From assembly GCF_009914755.1 (NCBI RefSeq), contig NC_060925.1: a stretch of 64,000 nt of DNA. The stretch is one strand, 5' to 3'. Both the position numbers and the translations under genes were made by a program. A model generated the notes under the pieces. It was not told the DNA's origin, ran no database searches, and saw only the letters and a program-made list of their open reading frames with translations. The DNA comes from the human T2T-CHM13v2.0 reference genome, Homo sapiens. Shown here piece by piece: positions 52,880-64,000 of the stretch; positions within the stretch are counted from its first letter, which is position 1, and the number at the start of each line of letters is the position of its first letter.

Positions 52880-53666
52880 GCACTTCCAGACTTCCCTGAT
52901 AAAATTAGTAGTAATTTTTTAATGTGATTTCTTGAAACTATATAATGAACGTGTCAACTTTTAGAAGATACATAAAACTCTGCGAACCAATATTTTCCAA
53001 ATAACCAATGAATGCACGTTGTTATAAAACTATGCATGGGTAAAAGGTCCATTCAAAATGCAAGATAGACCAATAGATTTTAATGTAATAGAACAGGGAA
53101 AGCTCATTGACATTATTTCATATTCCACATTGCAACTAACATCTAAGAAACTTACCACTTCTCACATTTTGATGCAGTATCAAAGAAGAATATTCACAAT
53201 TATCTGAAAAAGCTCTTAAATACTCCTCCTTTGTCCTACCACATACTTGTTTGAAGTCAGAGTTTCTTCATATACTTCAACCAAAGTGGTATATCACAAC
53301 AGATTAAATGCAGAGGCAGATATAAATCCAGCTATCTTCTATTAATTATAAAAGAGACTTGAAGAGATATTTTTAATGTTATTTTTCTCATTTTTTTATT
53401 TTGGAAAATATAGTCATTTTCTTTGTTTACAGAGGGCAGAAAAAAATTGAAAAAGAAAATACAGTAATTTTCACAAAGTATATACATTTTATAATGGTTT
53501 TATTTGATTATATTTAAATAAATGCATATTTAATTTTTTCTCAGTTTTAAGGTCTACATGGCAAATATTAACAGATATAACCCACACAAACAAAAGCTCT
53601 TTGGGTGTCCTCAATAATTTTTAATAATGTGCGGAGGTTATAAGACAAAAAATTTGAGGACTACTA
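52880..53666. mobile_element. Charlie1-type hAT transposon fragment
   Basis: gcatgggtaaaaggtccattcaaaatgcaagatagaccaat; terminal cacaaacaaaagctctttgggtgtcctcaataat...tttgaggactact. Confidence 0.75.
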
Positions 53667-54697
53667 GACTAAGCTAAGGACTATGCTTTATTACCTTGTG
53701 TTTTAAATATTTGTGTCTCTGGACTGGATAATCTAATCACTACACATAGGTGAATTTCTGTGGAAAATATATAACTGAACTACCAAAAAGGAACTTACAA
53801 ATATACCTACTCTGGCTCTTTGAAGAAGGCACTAGGAAGTTGTAATTCTAAATTTGTTCTTGATTATACAACAAGATGGCAGTTAAATAACCTCTTTTTT
53901 GCACTTGCTAGTGTACTGGAATTCCTCAGGGGCAGGGAGTGGTGTCTTTTTGACTGCTACATCCAGAGGACAAGAATGACTGAAATATTTGCTTAATGAA
54001 TAAATCAACAAAATAAATACTTAGACACCAAAAAGCCATTCCAGATTGATATTTAAATTATATTTATGGTTGATCTATAGTCCTATAGTCAGAAACACCA
54101 GCCAGAGGCACCATACACATTCCAAAGATATAAATAGAAGCTCCTTTGATGGACTCATACAACCAGAAATTCTTTTAAGAGATGATATTTTAGTGAAACT
54201 GCAATGTGATTGTTGCCCTGCTCTTTCTCTGCTCAGAAATTTGGATCACCTGAGAAGACTCGTGTGGAACTATGCACTTTCTGGAAATATTAACAGGCAT
54301 AAAAATTCCCATTTATCTAAATGGCTCACCTTGTTGGTAGCAATCAAGCTACCTGGAAAATATTTGGAGGATTGTCCTTGCATCCTTTACCATCATGGCC
54401 AAGTTTAGGGTCTCCTGAAAAAAGTAAAACGCCTGAAGGAAATGATTGGAAACTATACCAAAGACATAATATGAAGACCTGTTGGTTTGCTAATATAATT
54501 TTGGTTTCTAAAAAGCCAGCACATGTATTATGTCTGTTTCATAGCATGGAGTATATAGAGATAACTGTATTCAGCATACAATTATTTCCCAGGTTTTCAA
54601 TATCTGAATAGCACTCCAATTCAGCTTTGGGTGGGAGGTTGTGTGACTCCAATGCCTCCTCATAAAACTGTATTAATTCTACTCTTGTTGACTTCAC

Positions 54698-54947
<250 letters not shown>

Positions 54948-55099
54948 TAAATTGTATATATTGAAGGTTATATATGCACCTTGATGATTTAATATACATA
55001 TATAGTGAAATAACCACCATAATCAAGCTAATTAACATATCCATCACCTCACACAGCTACTTTTTTATCCCCCTACATTAAGAATGCTTCTACCTTCTT

Positions 55100-55411
<312 letters not shown>

Positions 55412-56288
55412 CTACCTTCTTAGTCAATTACAAGTTTACAGTACAGCATTTTTACTTATAGTCATCATGCTATAATTAGATCTTTGGAACTTATTCATCT
55501 CATAATGGAGAATCCATATCCTTGCTCAAAATATCCCCATTTTTCTCTCCCCTCAACCTCTACTACTCAACCACCAGTCTACTTGCTGCTTCTATGAATT
55601 TGACTTTTTTGAGTCCATACAGAAGTAAAATCATACAATATTTGTCTTTCTGTATCTGGCTTATTTTACTCAGCATAATGTGCTCCAGGTCAATCCATGT
55701 TGTCCCAAAGGGCAGGGTCTCCTTCTTTTTAAGGCTGAATAATATTCCATTGAATGTATATAACACATTTTGTTTGTCAATTCATCCATCGACGGACATT
55801 TAGGTTGTTCCAAAATCTTGGCTATTGTGAATAATGCTGCAATAAATGAGAGTGTGGTTATCTCTTTAAGATCCAGATTTCAGTTCCTTTGGATAAACAC
55901 CCAGAAGTAGAATTACTGGATAATATGGTAGTTTCATTTTTAATTTTTTGAGAAATCTCCATACTGTTTTCCATAATGGCTATACCAGTTTTCTTCCCAC
56001 CAACAGCGTAACAGTGTTCCCTTTTCTCCACATCCTCGCCAATACTTGTTACCTTTTGTTTTAATAATAGTGTATAATATTAGTATAATATAATAGTGTA
56101 TATAGTAAATATAGTATAATATAATAATAGTGTATAATAGGTGTAAGGTGATATCTCATTGTGGTTTTGATTGCATTTCCTTAATGATTAGTGATGCTGA
56201 GCACCTTTTCATATGCCTGGTGGCCATCTGTATGTCTTTTTTAGGAAAACATCTTTTCAGATAGTTTTCCTGCTTTTTAGTCAGATTA

Positions 56289-56885
<597 letters not shown>

Positions 56886-58787
56886 CTATTGAATTGTATG
56901 AGTTCCTTATATATTTTGGATATTTACCCCTTATCAAATAATATGATTTGCAAATATTTTCTCCCATTCCATTGGTTGCTTTTTTTGTTGATTGTTTTTC
57001 CTTTGCTGTGCAGAAGTTTTTGGTTTGAAATAGTCCCATTTAGTTATTTTTGCTTTTATTACCTGTGTTTTGGTATCATATCCAGAAAACTATTGTCAAG
57101 ATCAACGTCAAGGAGCTTTTTCTCTAGGTTTTCTTCTGGAACCTTTATAGTTTCAGGTCTTATGTTTAATTCTGTAATCCATTTTGAGTTGGTTTTTGTG
57201 TATTGTGTAAGAAGAAGGTCCAATTTCATTCTTTTGCATGTGGATTGTCAGTTTTCCCAACACTGTTTATTGAAGAGACTATCTTTTCTCCATTGCATAT
57301 TCTTGGCACCCTTGTTGAAGATTAGTTGACCCTAGGGTTTCTTTCTGGGCTCTCTATTCTGTTTTATCAGTCTATGTGTCTATTTCAAAGGAGAGCTGAC
57401 ATTGTGAGAATCTAATTGACACTATGAATCCCTGTAATAACATTTCAACATACTTCCTGGGTCAGTAAATCCTGAGAAACAAACCTTGTTAGTCATTAAG
57501 ATAACTTAAATAATACAATAAACAAAAAAAAGAACTCTCAGAACTTCTTAGGATAAGTGGTTTAAATGCCAACAATAGCTCTTGGGTACTACTGAAGCAT
57601 CCACAGATGAGAGGTTAGTTCTATAATAGTTCTGTTATTCCCACCAGTAGAGTGTAGGGCATAATTCAAGTCAGGAAGCTTTAATTTACTTTATGTTTGT
57701 CAAAGGCCTATACAACATTGTAAATAAAAAATGTGCCAACAACCAAATTGGTTATTCCTTATTCTGATGCAATGGATTCATATTTTGTGCCTTCGGAATG
57801 GGTTTCTGTGATGTAAAAAGCTTAAGTCATACTGTAAAATAATAGGTCAAATTTTCTGAAGAGAATCTTGATTTGGATCACTGAACTCACCTGGTGCCTA
57901 AGAGTTGTATTCCAGCGTGCCCCAAATGTCAGAATCAAAACAAATAGGCAAAAATTGTATTAAGTATTAAAAGTAAGTGCTTTATTTTAAAATAACATAT
58001 ACTCTATTGGAAGTGGGCCTGGAAAATAATGGGCAATGAAAGAATTGGTGAGAGAAAGTGAACGGCTGAAATGAACCTCGTAAAGCACTCTACAGTGACC
58101 TCTATTCTTGTGTTTCATCTTCTTCTAAAATTGTACACTACTTAATGGCAAACATGATGCCTTTTTCTTCCACACTAGTTAGAACAGTCTCTGACACCAA
58201 TAAATGGTAAAAATAGCTAGCTAGCATTTATTGAGTGTGTCTGGTTCTTTAATATACATCTTTACTCCTCTCTATACATCCTATGTGGCAGTATAATTAG
58301 CCCCAGTTTACAGACAAATTGAGACCCACAGACATTTTATGATTTAACTGAGATTTTATAGCATCTAAGTGATTGAGCCAAGATCTGAACACAACCCACC
58401 CTATTCATTTACAGAGTAGCATTTAATACATATTTGTTGAATTAATCAATGTTTTTGTGACTTAAGAATAAGGACTTATTCTGATTATAGAAATCCTTTC
58501 ATTCAACTCATACAATTGTTATTATAAATACGGCATGAAGAAAAAAAAAGGAAGTCTAAGTTAAGGAGTTAATGATCTCATTTGTATGGTGCTTCTAAAT
58601 AAATTTAACACTGTTATCTAAATCTATTTCAAAACTATTTTGTATTCTTATGAGAAAAGGAAATATTATATGTAGGGAGATAAAACGTTACAGTTAGAAG
58701 AGACTTTCAAAATATTTTCTCAGTCTGTATTTCCAGGATGGAGATTTACTTATTCCCCTTCTTCTTCTTCTCCCCCTCCTCTTGTTC

Positions 58788-58789
58788 TT

Positions 58790-58834
<45 letters not shown>

Positions 58835-58976
58835 AGACAGGGTCCTTCTGTCACCCAGGCTGGAGTGCAGTGATGCAATCACAGCTCACTGCAACCTTGA
58901 ATTCCTGGGCTTAAGCTATTCTCCCACCTTGGCCTATCAAAGTGTTGGGATTACAGGCATGAGCCACAGCCCCAGG
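58788..58976 (-). mobile_element. Alu monomer (FRAM-like) with (TTTA)n tail
   Basis: Single-arm Alu of about 145 nt after a (TTTA)n run. Confidence 0.75.
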
Positions 58977-59017
58977 ACTACTCTTCCTTTTTGACTTGAT
59001 TACCCCCCTTTAAATAA

Positions 59018-59503
<486 letters not shown>

Positions 59504-59789
59504 TGATCTAATAGCAGGTTTGGATGGAGCTTGTGTTCTGGAAGACACAGTTTTGATGCTTTTAATATCCTGCTGTTGTTAAATAGAATTTGAATGGGTG
59601 AAAAATGAAATGTGGACAAAAACATATTGGATTCTCAAAACACGAAATATAGATATTGGTACATAAAATTTGAAATTAAGGCAGATTCTGGAAAACTGAC
59701 TCCTAACAGTAAATCAAAAGGGATTTCTTGTTGCTATTTGGAAAGCATTTTCATAAAATTAGAATGAAGAATACAGCAAATTTAACCAC

Positions 59790-61030
59790 TAGGAAAACAC
59801 TTTCTTCACTTGCCTTCCATGACATTCTACTCTCTTGATTTTCTCTTCTCCTTCTCCTTTGCTGGGTCCTCCTTTTCTTTCCATCTCTTCATGCAGGACT
59901 CCTCCAGGGTTCAGTCCTTGATCTTCTTTTTTCAGTTTTCTATCTACACTCATTCTAATGGTTTGAAATACTACCTATGTGCCAATTACTTCCAAAGTTT
60001 GATCTTTAGCCCACACCTCTCTGTCCTGCTGCAGAATCATACATCCCAACTGACTAGTTGACACCACCAATCAGATCACTAAAAAGTATCTCAAACTTAA
60101 CATTTCCAAAACTGAAATCTTGATCTTACCTCTCAGATTTGTTCCATCTGAACTTTCCCGCATTTCACCTGATGGTAACTCCATCCTTTGAATCACTCAG
60201 GTCGAAAGTCTTGGAGTCATCCTTGACTCTTTCATGTCCTCCCTTCAGTTCCATCAGTAACTTTACCTTCCAGAGGAATCACTTCTCAACCACCTACACA
60301 AGACTTACCCTGGTTCAGGCCACTATCATTTCTTCCCTTCTTCCACACACCCTGCCCCTGCATAGGCTCTTCTCAAAAGAAGATTCTGAATGACGCTTTT
60401 ACTTTATTTTTATTTATTTTTTTGAGAGGGTCTCACCCTCTCACCCAGGCTGGAATGCAGTGGCACCAACATGGCTCATTGCAACCTAGCCTTCCAGGCT
60501 CAATGGATCCTACTGCCTCAGCCTCCTGAGTAGCTGGGACCACAGATGTACACCATGCCCAAACAGATATATATATTTTTTTACTTTTTGTAGACATGGG
60601 GTCTCACAGTGTTGCCAAAGCTGGTCTTGAACTCCCAGGCTCAAGCAATCCTCCTGCCTTGGCCTCCCAAAGTGCTAAAATTACAGGCATGGGCCACTGC
60701 ACCAGCCTGATACTTTTAAGATGTTAAGATCATACCATTCTTTTCCTCAAAATTCTATAAGAGATCTTCATCTCACATAAAATAAAAGCCAAAGTCCTTA
60801 CAAAACTCTACACCACCTGTCCAATCTCAACACTTCTTGCCTTTCCTGGCTTGCTACTGACTAGGAGCATTGGAGCTGGCTGTTTGCTTTGCCAGGACAG
60901 CTTTTCTCCTTGATAACCAGCTTTTCTCAGATTAACAGCTCTTCCCTCAGATAACTAGTTTAGCCCATTACCTCCTTCAAACCTTGGCTCAATGTAACGT
61001 TTTCAATGAAGCCTACTCTGAGAATCCTAT
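59790..61030 (+). mobile_element. Degraded L2, interrupted by AluJ
   Basis: tctcaaacttaacatttccaaaactgaa and aataaaagccaaagtcctta L2 motifs. Confidence 0.65.
60403..60708 (-). mobile_element. AluJ
   Basis: Antisense J-type Alu. Confidence 0.88.
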
Positions 61031-61044
61031 TTAAAATTGCAACG

Positions 61045-61264
61045 TACTTTGGGAGTCCAGGGCGGACAGATCACCTGAAATCAAGAGTACAAGACCAGCC
61101 TGGCCAACATGGTGAAACTCCATCTCTGCAAAAATACAAAAATTAGCCGGGCATGGTGGCACGTGTTTGTAGTCCCAGCTACTCAGGAGGAGGAGTTTGC
61201 AGTGATCGGAGATCGTGCCACTGCACTCCAGCCTGGGCATTAAAGCAAGGCTCCGTCTCAAAAA
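61045..61264 (+). mobile_element. AluS, 5'-truncated with an internal deletion
   Basis: Alu arms; ggctgaggcaggagaatc segment missing. Confidence 0.85.
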
Positions 61265-61559
61265 GATGAATGTCTCTTCATCTTCTTTTATCCTGTTCTA
61301 TTTTTTTTCCATACCATGTCTTACTCTGTAGCTCACCATAATTTATTTGTATGCTCATTTTAGGTTTCCCTCAAGTAAAACGTAAACTAATCCAGGCACG
61401 GTTTTTGTTGTTGTTCCATTATTTTGAGGGCTGGGCACATAGATGCGCAAGGAGTGCCCAAACTCATCATCTCACTCTTTATACAGCTGGGCAAACTGCC
61501 TAAAGTTTCCTCAAGCCTCAGCTTTACTATTTTCTTGAATGGCTAAAACTCACAAAACA

Positions 61560-62150
61560 CATCTAGCGTCAAAAACTTTGCGACCCCGGAAGTAAAAGGT
61601 TAAGGAAGGGGGTCACAGGAGAAGGCTATTTCCGTTTCCGTACGGAAGCAAAGGAGCCAAGACCATGGCGAAAGCCGGGGATAAGAGCGGCAGCAGCGGG
61701 AAGAAAAGTCTAAAACGGAAAGCCGCTGCCGAAGAACTTCAGGAGGCTGCAGGCGCTGGGGATGGGGCGACGGAAAACGGGGTCCAACCCCCGAAAGCGG
61801 CTGCCTTTCCGCCAGGCTTTAGCATTTCGGAGATTAAAAACAAACAGCGGCGACACTTAATGTTCACGCGGTGGAAACAGCAGCAGCGGAAGGTACGCGA
61901 GAGGCGGGGGCTGCCGGGCGCTTGCGCGTTGTTCCTGACGCTTAGGGCGGTCGCGGGGCGCACATCTGTGGTTGTCTGCTGGTCTCAAAAGTGTTCTCTG
62001 TGGCTCCGTGGGAAGGGTGGCGTCGCGGCCCACGTGTTCTGGTCCCCTCGCCCTAGTTTGGAGACTCTAGGTTCAGCCTTTTGCCTGAGCGTCAAGGTGG
62101 AAGATTATCTTGATAGGCTCTTTCCTGGGACGCTAGATTCACAAGGAAAG
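61560..62150 (+). promoter_or_regulatory. CpG island and TATA-less housekeeping promoter of RPF1 with ETS/GABP-type sites
   Basis: Sharp rise in CpG/GC content. CCGGAAGT at 61586-61593; further GGAA cores at 61628-61649 just upstream of the ATG. Confidence 0.85.
61665..61892 (+). CDS. RPF1: RPF1 coding exon 1 (76 codons, [19 protein letters not shown]...[14 protein letters not shown])
   Basis: Translation matches the N-terminus of human RPF1/BXDC5 as I recall it. Strong Kozak (gaccATGG) in a CpG island; ends at donor AAG|gtacgc (61893), phase 0. Confidence 0.96.
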
Positions 62151-63338
62151 CTGTAAGGCCAGTTGGCTTAGTAGTGAAAACTACGCCCTCCTGGCCCAGA
62201 AGGCAAAAGTCTCAGCCCTTTGGTCCGTCTAGGTAGCGTTGGTTAATTTGCAGAATCTGAAATGGAGGCAATACGTAATAAATCCAAAATACTGCTTCTC
62301 TGATTCCTGCAGGAGCTCCTTACCGAAATTAGTACTGTAAAGTTTCTGGTAATTGTATTTGTTCTTTTCAGCTTTATCCTTATACGTTTCTGGTAGGTAA
62401 ACAAACTGAAACGTAAAGAGGTTTAAACGACTTGTCAAGGTCGCAGTGCTCATTTCTGGTTAAATTGCAATTGGAAGAAAACGTTTGCTTATTCTTGCAC
62501 ATCGTAGAAGTTCACACAATATTATTATTATGTGTCTGCCTCCTCTTACTGGCCCTTCTGAGGCCCGGGACTGGTTCTTACTCATGTTCAGTGTCAAGGT
62601 GCTGTTTCAATACATACAAGGGGCGTTTAACTCATTCTGGTATGCACGTATTGGGGAGGGATGTCCTGGAAGACTTATTGGAGCTATGATTTCTAATCTG
62701 AAACCTGGTGGATTGAGGATCAGTAGGTGCTGGGGAAAAAAGAATATTTTTTATTTTGTCAAGCATTCTATCTAGAAATCTCCAGAAGAATATATAGATT
62801 GACAATACAAATACAGATAATCTTAAGCCACCTTGCAAGCTCTTACTAAATTTTAGAAGTATATTTTGATTATAAAATATGTGAATAACTGGTGATGGTT
62901 TTATGGAAAACAACCTGAAAACTCAGCTCCCATTCCTATTTTTAGTGCTTTTCAAGAGAAGCAAGCAGCATAACCATGGTCGTCTTTAGGATGCCACCAG
63001 TTAGGCAAAACAAAACACAGTGGAAACCATCACATACTTTAATTAATTTGAGGCTTTATGGAAAAAGGTTAAGCTACTCAAATTTTAAATGTTCAAACTT
63101 GCCAGTTTAGATTTTTTTAAAGGAGCAGGTCTTTGTTAAAGAAATCTTATTGATTGGCCAGCTCATTTGGCTTACAGTAATTTAGGTAGAAAACTCCACG
63201 TCCAGATGCTTATTTCAATAGATTACAAAGACCGCCCAGTTCGAGTATTCATAGCATTAGTAATTTGTAGTTTCAGTATGTGTTTGTGATATAACTGGTT
63301 GTTTCTCAGTATTGTTCTCTTTTTTTTTAACCCTTTAG

Positions 63339-63395
63339 GAAAAGTTGGCAGCTAAGAAAAAACTTAAAAAAGAAAGAGAGGCTCTTGGCGATAAG
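63339..63395 (+). CDS. RPF1: RPF1 coding exon 2 (57 nt, EKLAAKKKLKKEREALGDK)
   Basis: Polypyrimidine acceptor ttctctttttttttaaccctttag| and donor AAG|gtaaat. In frame with exon 1 and continues the known protein. The gene continues beyond the window. Confidence 0.95.
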
Positions 63396-64000
63396 GTAAA
63401 TAAAATTTTTAGCTGTTTGCTTTCTATCTTATATTAGGGAATCCTTCCTGATATTTAAGTTGAATTACTTTCTTTTAAAATTTATTATTACGTATTTCAG
63501 ATGTATGAAGAAATACAAAAGTAATATAATAAACCTCTTTGTATCATTTACCCAGCTTAAGAAATAATGCATTAGCAAAGAATGTTGGAAGCCCCTCGTC
63601 TGCTTCATAATTGCTTTTCCCTCTGAAGATAACCACTCGTGAAATTTTTGATTATTTTTTCCATGCACTTCTTTTACCTTTACTGTGTATGTTTGTGTAC
63701 CTATACGGTAACACAGTGGTGGTATTTTGCATATAACTTTGTGTTTCAGAGGTCAACACCTCTCCCTGACTTTGGGAATGGGGAAGCTCCCCCAGGTTAG
63801 GCCTGGAGCTTGGCTCTTGTCATGTGAAGCAAAGATTTTTGGTCAGGCAAGGCTGGGGAAAGGCAGGACAGATCCTCTTCTGGAGTAGGGTGATAAGGGT
63901 GTGTTAAGCTTTAGAGCTGGTACAGAGGATATGAACCTGTGAAAAGTGAGAATGGGGAGTGGGAGGACGGTGAGGATTATGGCAGAGAAAAGAGCAGATA

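Noticed and set aside
54046-54611. Overlapping 120-aa and 96-aa ORFs in non-repeat DNA
   Set aside because: No domain resemblance, no promoter or poly(A)/TSD context; lengths are compatible with chance.
61739-61963. 74-aa antisense ORF over RPF1 exon 1
   Set aside because: GC-rich shadow ORF with no recognisable homology.
61893-62156. Extension of ORF 61665-62156 (163 aa) beyond RPF1 exon 1
   Set aside because: Read-through into intron 1 past a good GT donor. The real protein continues in exon 2 at 63339.

Overview
Primate (almost certainly human) genomic DNA. The only protein-coding gene I can support is RPF1 (Brix-domain ribosome production factor 1): its CpG-island promoter, coding exon 1 (61665-61892) and exon 2 (63339-63395) lie at the right end on the + strand. 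From recalled human gene order, this is the intergenic stretch on chr1p22 between DNASE2B and RPF1; no DNASE2B exon is visible. The other ~61 kb is repeat-rich: about 25 Alus, a full-length but dead L1PA7/8-like LINE, older L1s, a long fragmented L3/CR1, L2/MIR relics, MaLR/ERV LTRs, and MER44, MER5 and Charlie DNA transposons. Nearly all ORFs in the track are repeat-derived or chance. I found no credible new biological system. The best second-look items are retrotransposition fossils (an L1 3' transduction, a twin-primed old L1, an 8-nt+poly(A) micro-insertion), a strong CTCF motif, an unexplained 256-bp segment bounded by inverted repeats with internal hairpins, and candidate antisense exons upstream of RPF1. 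Repeat subfamily names come from visual recognition and need RepeatMasker/Dfam confirmation.
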